A DNA stretch of 63,663 nucleotides, filler included, from Choristocarpus tenellus KU-1152 (GCA_964200185.2; 12 parts of 12 records of this genome joined end to end with filler, not necessarily neighbours in it), one strand, 5' to 3'. Shown: positions 13,701-25,000, numbered from the whole stretch's first letter. The notes: generated from the sequence alone by a model not told the origin. Numbers and translations are program-made.

Positions 13701-16700
13701 CTGCAATTGGCTTTGTTCAGGTGATAGAGGTATTAATGTTCGAGGATGATCGTGGAGAAAATATTTTGATGCATGCAGCAAAGAGTCATGTCTTTAGCCG
13801 TGTGTTGCAGGTTCTGAAGAAAGAGGTACCTCTAGATCAGGTGCGGTCATTGATAGCCTCAGGCCTGGAGTTTGAATGATTCATCTGTGGAAGGTTTTGT
13901 TGTTATGTGGAGGGGGGATTATAACCGTGTTTTCTAACTTGGTGTAAGAGATGGGGGTATTGCATTTTGTGTGTTGTGTAGAGGAGGTTGACAAAAGCCT
14001 CAAAATGAAAAACTCTCCAAAGGACAAACTTAGCAGAACCACTTGTGGTCATTATTTTACTGTTATTTTTGTGCCATAGCGATGATCTGATCTACATTTG
14101 TTTTCTCTATTTAATGCGTATGTTTCTACATTTCTGAATTCTTACAAAAGGTGGCTACAGATTGTGATACTATCGGATCTTGATGCAACCAACGACTTTA
14201 GGGCAGGTACCCAGAGTTGCATTTTGAGGATGCTGACAAATATGTACGAAATTGGTTCATTTTTACAAGTGGTTATAGGATATTTTCTAACTGGTGTCTA
14301 AATTTATATCAACGTTCTTGAGTCAAACTTAGCACTTCATTAATAGAAATATAGGTGAATTGGGAAAGGTGGAAAAATGGACATCAAATGCAAAACACCG
14401 TACCTCTTGTTTATACTATGGCTGATCACCCGCAATATGTAGAGTGTGCCGCTGCATGGTATGTGTATTTTCTATACACATATACATATGCATTCTCGTG
14501 TCTCCCATTGTGGCCTTACTTGGGCAACAGGTCTTCGTTCTTGTGGTATTACACCAAGAGAAGCTATACCTGTACCTTGCAGTCTGATCCATATTGCAAT
14601 CGGGGATTGACTTGGTGCCTGAACTTCCTGTTCTCTTGTGGACTAATGTTGTCAGTTGGTGGAGCTAATGATGGCAAAGAACCAAAGAGGATGTACGCTT
14701 TTGGATGTTGCAGCAAAAGGGTCATGGTTTGATTCCTTGTGGCATCATGTGAAAAAAGTTTTGTCTCCACTACAGGTATGGTCAGTGACAGCTTTGGTCC
14801 TGATATTGGAACTGCTGTGCTGCTGCCCTTGGTGGCCTTGACAATAGTGCAGGTTCATGAGGCTGTAAACTGTAATCTATTTAGATCTGTTGTGTAGTAG
14901 TGCCGCCAAACAGGCGCACAGTTGCTCTATAATATATATTAACGGCAGCTTACTTGACTATTAGTGTGAATAGCGTAATATCACTGTTTGTCATGCTTTC
15001 ATGCCTTTGAGATCTGACTGGGAATGTCCTGTCCCGTGGACCATTTTCAGCTGGCGGAGTTAGTCATGACCAAGGATGAGCTTGGACTAAATCTCTTGAT
15101 GCATGCTGAAGGAATGGTCTTAGGGTCTGTGCTAAGTGCTCTGATGGAGGCATTATGTTCAGGCAAGGTAAGGTGGAAATTGTATTCAACTGATGTTGGA
15201 CGATCTTCCTGGTCATTGCGTAAGATACCCATGATGCAAGGGTTACTCCTTGAGGGTAGTATTATATATTCCTTTTTGCCTTTGAAGTAGTGTCCACACG
15301 CAATAAAATTTGGAAGCAATACCAACAAACACTGTACCTCGTTGTTACTAAAAGGGCTTTCACAGGATGAGTCTTTCACACTGCTTCTGATGTGTTTGTG
15401 TCTCTTAAGTCAGAAATACATCATTCGTTGAATCTGCACAGATAGTGGAGCTAGTCATGGCTACGGATAGGCGTGGTCAAAACCTTCTGATGCATGCTAC
15501 ACGGAACTGCACCCTTAGCTACACATTGCATGTTCTAAAGGAATTGGTTCCTTTGGTTCAGGTACGGTCATCGAGGATATTGGCTCATTTGTTGGATGGC
15601 CAATCTACGGATGGTTTTGTTGTTGTGTTTTCAAGTAGATGGGGTTTTGATACTGTTCCAAAAGGAATGGTATACTTGCTGACGAATGCATTGTGCAGTA
15701 GTGTCAAACAAAACCCAAAAGGTGACAAGTTGAGTAACCTGGTCGGGCATTTATCTCTGCATAGTGTGTGCTGGATGAACTCAACTTACACGGTTTGCTT
15801 GCCATATTGCATCTCTTCACCTTGACTGGGGGCAGTTATGAGTAGTGGTATAATCAAATACGCTATTACATGATCAGATAGGACCTGCTGCAGTGGATGG
15901 TGCACAGGGTAGATACCTAAAATGAATGGGTATATTCACAGGATACTCATTACTAGCCGCACAAGTATTTCAGCAAAAATGATCCCTGAAGTAGTCGAAG
16001 CACCCATTCTCATTCTTGATAGTTCATAATCAAGATGGTATTTCGTACAGATATTATCACCACAGCTCCTACTGCAACTATTATTCCCCTTAAAACTACG
16101 CAAAGCAGTTCATGATTGCGTCTTGTATGCCAAGCGTCCTCGTTTTCACCGGTCACCTACAACAGAAGACTCGGAGTCTTTGGTGTTATTATTATTGCAG
16201 ATGCACCCTTCGATTAATGTTCGTCCCACCCCATAATGGCACTCTCGACAGGTAGTAGTACCCTAGTCTACTTGTTTTCAAATAAGCACCAAGTACTGTT
16301 CCATAATTCGTTTTCCCTACTAATGGGCACAAGGATGCTCTGGGTAATCTTCTGGCGGTAGCTCATGACCTCTACTACACATGATTGACGAGGTGTAGTA
16401 CACCCCTCTCACTCTCACTGTGGCCGTGTTTTGGACATGGATCTTAGTCTTGTTCTAGACCTACAATGACAAGAGTGACTACACCAGGTCTACATACCAA
16501 GTGTACTATTTCACAACAAATGAGTTAGAAACTGACTGGAGATTTGCACGTCTGCAATATGATGTTTTAAATTGTTAGCTTATGGAGCTAGCTATGGCCA
16601 GGGATGAGAGTGGACATACGATTCTCGTTATTGCTACAGAGCGACTATGTTTTTCATCTGTTTTGCATGATTTGAAGGAGGTATTGTCTACGACAAAGGT

Positions 16701-17503
16701 ACGGCAAACCATGTCTGATATTGAAGCTTTTATATGTCCATATGATATACTGGTCTTGTAGGCAGTGAAGTCTCATGGTTTTGTCACATCTCGGTGCTCA
16801 GATACATTGTGCGTTGGAAATTAATAGTATCGCAAGTGTAGATGGGCAAGCCACTGTGTGACTGCTCGCCCAATCTGATCAGTTTGAGTTCAATGTGTCA
16901 ATTACTGTTTTTTATGCTTCCACATCCCTGAAGTCTAACTAGGGTCGCCTTGTTAACTTTTCCCAGTTGATGGAGCTAGCCATGGTCAAGGATAGGAGGG
17001 GACTGAACCTTCTGATGCACGCGGCAGAAAGTACCACATTGTTCGCACTTGTGTTGAATGCTACAAAGGATGTACTATCTCCGGACCAGGTGCAATGGAA
17101 ATGACGTCGTCCAAAGCTTGAATGAGACACCTATATGTGCCCCATGTTACCATCTATACACTGTTCTCTCTTTAAAATCTTGGGGTGTAGGCTTCGACAT
17201 TAGATTGTACATACAGCAGAAGTTGGAAGCAAAGTCAAACACACATGCAGAGGTGTACCATCTACAGTAATATCGCGTCTTGAACTATTGGTGTGATATC
17301 TCTCTGCCATGCTCTGCAATTGCGACGATTTTATGCTTCCTAAGTCAAAAATATCCTCATTGTGTCCTTTCTCTCTGTGCTAGGTGATGAAGCTATTCGT
17401 AGACAAAGATGATTGCGGGAAAACTCTCTTGATGCATGCAGCCCAAAACCAAGTCCTTAGTTTTGGGTTGCATGCCCTGAAGGACTTTGTGCCTCTAGAC
17501 CAG
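4605..17503 (+). CDS. Multi-exon ankyrin-like repeat protein, one ~40-aa repeat per exon (13 exons; 5' start not defined, 3' end truncated by contig end)
   Basis: Thirteen AG..GT-bounded exons of 117-129 nt. All are multiples of 3, phase 0/0 and stop-free. Consensus (V/L)(V/M)EL(L/V)MxKDxxGx(N/T)(L/I)LMHAAx...VLxxLxxx(L/V)(S/P)xx(Q/K) resembles the ankyrin DxxGxTxLHxAA core. Confidence 0.88.
5065..5193 (+). CDS. Repeat exon 2 (VMKLLTTKDGCGLTLLMNAISARESGTFSEVLSTVRKMISKDK)
   Basis: gtcag|GTG...AAG|gtgtga; 129 nt. Confidence 0.85.
5880..6420 (+). mobile_element. Highly decayed Copia-like remnant inside the long intron 5194-11394
   Basis: Broken frames give a protease-like DPG.. segment, HVSLVP, and a pre-integrase-like LPHPG...CDGC motif. 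Confidence 0.3.
8731..8989 (+). mobile_element. MITE family A, full copy
   Basis: GAGTGAAAGTATCTTAG...AAGATACTTTGACTC terminal inverted repeats; ~259 bp; homologous to the other copies. Confidence 0.9.
9848..10106 (-). mobile_element. MITE family A, full copy
   Basis: Reverse-oriented copy flanked by TAA/TAA. Confidence 0.9.
11395..11514 (+). CDS. Repeat exon 3, type A (VVELLLAKDEFGLNILMHAVQSRTFRSVLSALEELALQDQ)
   Basis: ctcag|GTG...CAG|gttctg; 120 nt. Confidence 0.88.
12040..12159 (+). CDS. Repeat exon 4, type B (FVELLMARDGNKQTILMHAAKNHILNSVLDHLEKAVPRPK)
   Basis: gttag|TTT...AAG|gttagg; 120 nt. Confidence 0.88.
12664..12780 (+). CDS. Repeat exon 5, type C (VVELLMAKDENGQNLLIHAAQSGSVILGHKLKQLLSPTQ)
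   Basis: ttaag|GTT...CAG|gtacgt; 117 nt. Confidence 0.88.
12972..13230 (+). mobile_element. MITE family A, full copy in the intron between repeat exons 5 and 6
   Basis: GAGTGAAAGTATCTTAGAGGG...CTAAGATACTTTGACTC. Confidence 0.92.
13320..13439 (+). CDS. Repeat exon 6, type A (VVDLVMTKDEAGLNILMFATADELCFCSVLKTLEVLSQDQ)
   Basis: ctcag|GTG...CAG|gtagag; 120 nt. Confidence 0.88.
13721..13840 (+). CDS. Repeat exon 7, type B (VIEVLMFEDDRGENILMHAAKSHVFSRVLQVLKKEVPLDQ)
   Basis: ttcag|GTG...CAG|gtgcgg; 120 nt. Confidence 0.88.
14656..14775 (+). CDS. Repeat exon 8, type C (LVELMMAKNQRGCTLLDVAAKGSWFDSLWHHVKKVLSPLQ)
   Basis: gtcag|TTG...CAG|gtatgg; 120 nt. Confidence 0.88.
15051..15167 (+). CDS. Repeat exon 9, type A (LAELVMTKDELGLNLLMHAEGMVLGSVLSALMEALCSGK)
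   Basis: ttcag|CTG...AAG|gtaagg; 117 nt. Confidence 0.88.
15442..15561 (+). CDS. Repeat exon 10, type B (IVELVMATDRRGQNLLMHATRNCTLSYTLHVLKELVPLVQ)
   Basis: cacag|ATA...CAG|gtacgg; 120 nt. Confidence 0.88.
16579..16698 (+). CDS. Repeat exon 11, type C (LMELAMARDESGHTILVIATERLCFSSVLHDLKEVLSTTK)
   Basis: gttag|CTT...AAG|gtacgg; 120 nt. Confidence 0.88.
16967..17089 (+). CDS. Repeat exon 12, type A (LMELAMVKDRRGLNLLMHAAESTTLFALVLNATKDVLSPDQ)
   Basis: cccag|TTG...CAG|gtgcaa; 123 nt. Confidence 0.88.
17384..17503 (+). CDS. Repeat exon 13, type B (VMKLFVDKDDCGKTLLMHAAQNQVLSFGLHALKDFVPLDQ)
   Basis: gctag|GTG...CAG|gtgcag; 120 nt. Confidence 0.88.
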
Positions 17504-17941
17504 GTGCAGTCACGAATAAGTTGTCCTGACAGTGGATAGTCCATCCATGTACGTTTCAATTTCACATTTTGGGTAGGGTCCTAGTCTTGTTTACTCTTAT
17601 GAAAGGTGGGATCCTTTCTAAAAGATTAAATCAGTTAGTTTGTTGTATAGGGAAAGTTGCAAAAAGAGTCAAACCAAAGACTCATCAGAACCAGTAAGTC
17701 ATCAATTCTTTCATTGTATGGGTCTGGTGAATGCATGACTCTATCCAATCGCTAATCTGTCCTCGAATTGGTTCCATGTGTATGCTCTTCTGATTGTATC
17801 TTGAAGTAGCGGGTAACGCTCTAGAAATACAAGATATAAATTGGTATGGATCGAAGTACATCTCTTCTCTGTCGCCATGTTTCTGCCATACAGATAACAT
17901 CTTCATGCTATTCAAGCAAGGGGTCAAAGCATCTTGGGGGG

Positions 17942-18041
17942 NNNNNNNNNNNNNNNNNNNNNNNNNNNNNNNNNNNNNNNNNNNNTTAATTAATTAANNN
18001 NNNNNNNNNNNNNNNNNNNNNNNNNNNNNNNNNNNNNNNNN
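17942..18041. other. Artificial contig linker; also at 21792, 26184, 31966, 36965, 41642, 46818, 50658, 53568, 56452 and 59163 (100 nt each)
   Basis: N44-TTAATTAATTAA-N44 gives stop codons in all six frames and is identical at all 11 sites. Confidence 0.98.
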
Positions 18042-18254
18042 GGGACATGGCAATCGACAGGGCAGGGGCACTGAGTTGAGTTGAGGGTCCCTCTATCTTT
18101 AAGGCGGCACGCGTTTTTTAGAGTGCACACTGTCCACCAAGAGGTAATGAGTGCACTTAGCCTATCCCCTGGGTACGCTCAGATGAGCAGAAGCAAATGA
18201 ATCCATATCGATGCCCCTCCCTTCGAGCGCCCTCACATATTCTTCAAACAAGTT

Positions 18255-18345
18255 TGATCACACAAGAATCACGACATGGAAAAATAGGCCCCAAATGGAC
18301 ACAGCCGCCACACATTCCCCCACCCACCCCCAGATACTTTGAGTC
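18255..18345 (-). mobile_element. MITE family B, partial
   Basis: gacatggaaaaataggccccaaatggac...cagatactttgagtc. Confidence 0.8.
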
Positions 18346-18402
18346 TAACTCCTCTTTAAGCATCCACCCTCTCATTGACCCTCCTTCAACAAGTGGTAGT
18401 AC

Positions 18403-20992
18403 CTGCTCTGCAGCTTCAAGCTCATCAAAACCCTCCACCTCCTGCGGAGTGGAAACCTGAAATATAGTGCATCCCAGGTGGTGCCACTGGGTCTGTGGGC
18501 CCCAGGTGCCGTCCACCACCATGCCAATTCTCACTGCATCCTTCGATATTTTCTCGTCACATCTTAAAACAAAGAGCGGTACAGAAGTTTTTTTTTTATG
18601 GGATTAAAAATAATAATAATAATAAAAATTGAGTAGTGGTCACTAGAACTTCAAAGAACCTCAAAGAACCGACCAAATCATATTATTTTTATCATAGTGC
18701 AGCTTGCATTCAGAGTTAGGCAGGAGATGGAGGGGTAGGAGCACAGACAGTACTGAGAGCAACACCAGTCAACACTAACAGGATTAGATTTGAGGGCAGG
18801 AGTGGAGAGGGATTACGTGGGGGGGGTCCAGAATTGGGAAATGAGTGATTCAGTCTTAGGATCAAGTGCAAGAGTCTTGTACAACTAGGTACAGGGATGG
18901 CCTCTTCTTGGGCTGGCTCAGAAGAAGAAGCTGTTGAAGGCTTGAGAGCATTCAATCATACTGATATACTGCACAGCACTCAAAAAGATTCCACACCGGA
19001 CTAATGAAGAGTGATAAGGGATTGAAATCATGTCCTTGTTGGAACATTCATAGCACCTCCTGTATACAAAGGAGACCGCTTTTGCCGGAAAAAAACGCTC
19101 ATGTGGGAAACATCAGAGGGATGTCGCTGCCGCTGGAAAGCAAACAAGACACCATTGTTCAGTCCTCTCAATGGAATAAGCAGCTACCCTGGAGAAATGA
19201 GCATACTCCCCTGCCATAACGGGATGAACTAATATCAACTATTATATGTTCAAGGAAGAAACACATGCATTGGCAACAAGGATGAGCTCAGCTGCATAAT
19301 CAAGCAATGGGGGCCTCCATTAGATATGTAGCAAATTACAGAACATAAGAGGTACAAAAATAAACTTCACAAAGATAGAGTAGGTGGCATAGTGATGAGA
19401 GAGAAAACACATCCTGCCGAGGGGCAGAGAAGATCGTCTCTGATCAACTGTTTTCACCATCTCTCTAAACTGAAGCAACTGAATATATACAGGAGGCAAA
19501 ACAAGAGAGCTCAAAGATGAGCAAAAAGGTCAACAAAGGGGAGGATGGCATCAAAAAACAGCAGACCTTCGACATACTGCACGGCCTGACTTGGCCAAGG
19601 AGCACACATAACGTTGACATTCCTTCTCCTGCGCTCCCTTCAGAGTAGCTACTTCAGCACTCTCCCCCTCGACACCCGTTCCTGAACCAGATCCTGGCCC
19701 AGAGCTCCCTCCGATTGCTACAGAGCTATGTTTCTTCTTGGTAGCGCTCCCAACCCCATTGGCACTGCTGGCAATGGTTCTGGGTCGCTTTCTTGCTGGT
19801 GTTTGACTTTTCCTGCGCTTCGTTTCCTCAAAGTCACTGTCATCTTCCTCTATTGACTTATTGTGAGCACAATGGGCGAGAAAGCGAGGGAGGGGAAGGG
19901 GGAGGGGGAGGGGGAGTTGGGGGAAGGGACTGGAGGGAATGAAAGTGGTACTATACTTCAACTTCCTTGTTGAGACCAGGGAGGCTTTGCTGCAACATTG
20001 GGATGCAGAAGGTGTTGTGGATCAAGATATTTAACAATCTCAACTGTTTTGAGGGTGTGCTTACAACAAATGTGTAGTTGGAGGTTTGTCTCAGGGATCT
20101 ACCATTTCTGTTCCGCAGCAACAAATGTCTGGTAGACTGGTAGGGATAGAAGTAGGGTCATGTCTAGCACTGAGGATGCCTCAGGTGACAAGTCGCCACA
20201 TAAATTTTACCTCGTCTTCATCTTCGTCCTCCTCGATGCCCTCTTCTAGCACAAAATCGCTGTCACTGCTGTTATCTGATGGCGTGTCGTTGGCGTAAGG
20301 AAAATATGTTAATCAACTGTCCCTCAAGACAAAAGATAGATGGTTCAAGAATAAAAGTGAGGGAGGAGCTAGACAACAGTTGGCATCGACAACCGAAATA
20401 ATGAGAAAACTCTTGGGAAAAATGTCTTGTTGGCACGGATGCTTTCATCTTTGGTCACCATGGGTGAGCAAGAAAAGTAGGAAAGACAGCAACTATTGCT
20501 ACTCGAAACTACCAAGGAGTACTCTTTGTTACGCGATGGAGACACATACACGGGTGCATTTATGACAAGAGATAGATTATCAACAGAGAACGTGGATACC
20601 TTCACACCTGGGTCAGTCTGCAGAACATCCCTCTCGTCCCCTGCTTGTCTTTGGTTGCTTCTCGAACATTGTCCATGGCTCACTTCGTCCTACCAAGAGA
20701 TGCCAAGGTGATAGCAGTACGAGGTAAGTGGTACTTATACAGGGAGTGGATGTTAGTATTCCAAGCAGAGGGTTGTTTTGCCACAGCTTTGCATCATGTT
20801 CAGGAAGTTGAGACGATGTGTTAGGCTAGAACTCGCCTCATGTTTGACTGAAGCCTTGCCCTTCCCCTTTCCTTTCCCCTTCATCGTCTCATGAGGTTTT
20901 CCCACGAGTTTCTTCGTTTTAGCAGGTACTCGAGAGTTTGAACGCATCATCCTTCCGGTATCAACACCTTGTACTCCATTGTCTGCCACCAT
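18403..20992 (-). CDS. 5' part of a PARP-type zinc-finger protein (possibly Rad16/SNF2-like repair protein); exons 20837-20992, 20608-20689, 20211-20275, 19567-19856, 18403-18562
   Basis: Splicing 19567 to 18562 gives RYVCSLAKSGRAVCRRCDEKISKDAVRIGMVVDGTWGPQTQWHHLGCTIF, the zf-PARP pattern KSxRAxCxxC...WxHxxC. It follows a basic/acidic low-complexity N-terminus. The three upstream exons are phase-consistent but less certain. Confidence 0.8.
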
Positions 20993-21469
20993 GAGACCAC
21001 ACCAGGTCGGGTCTCGGTGGGGTCGGACTTACAACACCTTAGAGAGGCCAGTCAACCTACAACTTCGATGGAAATCGAGATACTGCAGAGCATATACGAC
21101 TCGCTGTCCTACTTCCCTTTTCAGAAATCGAAGATGTCAAGATACACACCAAACATTGGTGGAAATGTGGATACGACGAGGTGGACTCCACATCGATCAA
21201 CCTTAGATTAGGCGCGTCTAAATAGAATCTGATACAAATTTTCCTTCCAAAGCGGCGAGAAACGCGCGACAACGTCTCAAAGTACGACAGAGGTGTATGT
21301 ATACATACATACCTACAACAATAATAGTATAATATATTTTTATTAGTAGTACTATATTGTTGTTGTACCCTCTGACATTTTGGAGATGTGTCATGGGGGA
21401 ACAAATGAAAACTATACACATGTTAGTATAAGCCCTAAAGAAATAATGTCATAAATGCGAAAAACACTA

Positions 21470-21791
21470 TTTGTTACTTCACCAGTCTATATTGTACTAC
21501 TCTTCTTGTGCCTCCAATCTACCTAGTCCTTCACCTAGGGAGAGCTAGGGAGGCATCCCAAGAATCCAACAAACTCCTCCGTGCCCATCTCCCTGGTGAC
21601 TCCAGCTTAAACGCATAACACGTCTAGACAATGCCACTTGCGTAGTTACTGATACAATTTGGCATAGATAGCCGGGAATCGACCACTCCTTTCCTGCAGT
21701 ATCCTCCCGTTCCTCTCCCCCCTACCATGTGAGTAGCCAGCTCATCCAGGAAGCATTCCGCTTGCTTGCCGAGGCGCCCAAACCTTTCCAC
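21470..21791 (-). mobile_element. 3' remnant of an RLE-type (CRE/NeSL-like) non-LTR retrotransposon
   Basis: Reverse frame VERFGRLGKQAECFLDELATHMVGG resembles the C-terminal restriction-like endonuclease end; frameshifted. Confidence 0.6.
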
Positions 21792-22006
21792 NNNNNNNNN
21801 NNNNNNNNNNNNNNNNNNNNNNNNNNNNNNNNNNNTTAATTAATTAANNNNNNNNNNNNNNNNNNNNNNNNNNNNNNNNNNNNNNNNNNNNCCCTATCAT
21901 TTTACACTCCTTTGTTGCTGGCAGATAGTGACAACAGAACAGAGACAACACCCCTCACCCCCCCCCCTCCCTCCTCTCCCTTCCCCTCCAACACCCCCCT
22001 TCTCAC

Positions 22007-25000
22007 CGCGAAGCTCAGCTTGATATCAGCAACGCCCTTCTTCCTGTCCAACTCCTGCACGACTTCCTTGGGCAGGAGAATTGAGGTGTCCGGCCTCCGT
22101 TCCGCAATGTCCCTCACGCGACACTTGACGTCATGCAGGTTGTGGATCAGCCAGTTGGTGTCAAACACAACCAGCTTCGGTGCCGTCGGTTTCAATAAAA
22201 TCACTCCTGGAAGACGTTGGTGCGCAAATGTGTGTGTGTGCAGAAGGGCAACACCCCATTCATCCATTGTTCAACGGCAGAGTGCATCAAGGAAGACTTT
22301 TCATAACATGGCTGTATTGTTTTAAGTTGCACCACAGCATGGCATATTTGCACCGTATATATATATATATATACACATTCATATATGTGTGTATTTATAT
22401 ATACCATGACTCAATACGGAAAAACAAAAACCTATGCAACAAGTTATACCTTTGCACATAGTGAACCCTAACCCTGGAATCTACACCACACCGTACATAT
22501 TAAAAATAAGAAAACAGTCGATGATACATCGAATATGGTACCACTTTACGTTTCCTACCTAGAGCCAGGCGTTGAATCTATTCAAATAGCACATTATCGT
22601 GTGGTAGGGGAGTGAATGATAGCTTGAATATGGGGGTAAACGTAAACCTTTTCCATCTCTAACAAACCCCCATGGGTGCACCGGCCCCGCAATTTAAATG
22701 GCGCATCAGTCAACTCGATAACAGGTGCCACCCACTTCAGGCCAGTCAACGCCTTCTCTCGTGTGTAACTCTAGCACAGTTCTGTTATTCTTGTGACCTT
22801 TTGTGCAATATAGACTAATAGTCTATATGGTTTATAGTATAAAAGTGAATGAAGTAATATAACTTGAACTTATAAGTGACTGACGTAGTGTAAGTGTCAC
22901 AAACATGTTTAAACATATTTCTGACGTGTTTGATGACGAATGAATTAGAGATAACAAGGGAGAGCACCACCCCCCATTTCTATTCTTCATAAAGACAAAT
23001 AACTTTGGCTTCAGAAAAAAAAATCCAATAGGACCTTGGCAGCACATTCCAGCGAAACATTGTACCATTGTATAGTAGTGCATGATTCCTAATATCTCCG
23101 CACACCCTGTTCATCATCCCCCCCTGTCCTCCCCTCCCCCCCCAATTCTTGAGTGTCACACCACATCATGACCTTCTTGGGTGGACAGAGCTGCGGTCAC
23201 ACAGTCACAAACACACACCTCGTGGCTTTGCTTTGGCCATAACCTCTGCCTCCACCTTTGCCTTCATCTCTGATGCTTCAGCCTTGGCTTTGGCCTCTGA
23301 TGCTTTGAGCAGCTGTTCAGCCCTACTTTCCTGGAGCTTCTTGCCCTCAGCAGCAAGGTCAGCCATGGCCTGCATTTTCTCACGCATCTGCTCGCGGATC
23401 TCTTCTACCCTGGCCTGCATCATTAACCACAGGGCTTTCCGGTTATGAAACAAAACGAGTGTTAACATGGATATGTATTAAACATCTGGAGCACTATTTT
23501 AGTCAATTCCCCAAATTCAACTTCTATCAAGACACACCTCCTCTAAACACAGACAAGGGCTTCACCTCACATGGACAGGCATCTTGATTGCATGAAGTGA
23601 CGAGCATACGTTGCAGAGGAAACATACTGTACCTCGAGGGCTAACTTAACAAAAAGTAGAAATCTCGTTGCAGATGTGATCACTAGATTACACTCTGTTG
23701 ACCTGCATCACTCACTCAACTGTCCTCCCTCCTGCACACCGCCCAAGCACAGAGTAGTATCCGCATTGGCCGTCTAACCCTAACCCTAACCACTCAAACA
23801 ACGCAATAGCATGAAGATAAAATCCCTCTTCCCTCTTTCCTCCCGCCATCCATTCAACACCTTCAAGACCAAAAAACACTGGAGGGAAACAATCTCCTAT
23901 CCGGGGGGGGGGGAGTCACCGTCCTATTCTCCTCATTGAACCGTAGGCTCTCACCTTACCAGGAACACATCCATAGCCTGGTTGCACATAGAACAACAAA
24001 AAAAATAAGACACTATACCAGCAGCGGCACCTTCCCTTACCCATTACCTAACAAAGCACTCAAAAAGAAAAAAAAAGGTTCCATTCCAATCTACAACATC
24101 GTACATAAAATAAACGCCTGCTGCAACAGGCAACATGCAAGCACCGCCTGCATTGGAGTACCGCATACTCACCGTAAGAATTGTGCAGGACTTCATTGCG
24201 GCCTTGTCTTGCTGCCTTGCGGTCTTGATCCAGCGCTTGGAGACAGCGTTATATGCCCACCCATCCGCATACCTTGCATCCACACTCTTGTACTTTGTGC
24301 CAGAGTACCCCGTTACTGTGCCTAAGTCACCAGAGCACGTTATGGGACGGGTGGGGGGATAAAGAGCTAGTTGGATGGTAGCTAGGTGAGTCTTGAGCAT
24401 CTATAACATAGAAACCCACATCATCAACTAGAAACTGTGACAACAACAGCTCAATAGGATGACTGGGGACTGATCAAAACCTCAACAGGTTTTAGGCAGG
24501 CAAATGCAGCACCTTCACATAGGTAATGCAGGAATTAATATACACACAGAAACTTACACAAAACAGAGCATGGACAAGAACACTCTGGCAGTATTCGTTC
24601 TCACCCCCATCCCCTGCATAGTCACCTGCTGCTGTAGCCGCCTTGTACTCCTCAAGAGTGAGGTACTCTCTATCTACAGTTTCAGTTGGTTTTTTCTCTC
24701 CTTTGCTCTCATCCCCTAGTTGCAGCTGCATCATTTGTGACGAGATCTGATCATGTACAAGCAGAGAGTGTAGAGGCAGGAATGGCAAGGAGTTCAACTG
24801 ATATCACTGGGAATAACGAAGTGGTTGTGGAGGGAAGATATCGACCATGAGGCTGACATGGAGCTTCTGGAACTCAGGAGATTAAACTGCTATGGGTGTC
24901 TGCTTTCCTGCAAGGACCAATGGATTGTGCGAAACATGTTTCACAGGGTCCTTGGGGCAAGGGTGAGTGAGAGGACCAGGTCTGTGTACCATCCTGGTTT

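Noticed and set aside
11395-17503. CRISPR-like or diversity-generating-retroelement reading of the regularly spaced repeats
   Set aside because: The units are ~120-nt coding exons with splice sites and codon-level divergence. There are no identical direct repeats, no cas genes and no intact adjacent RT.
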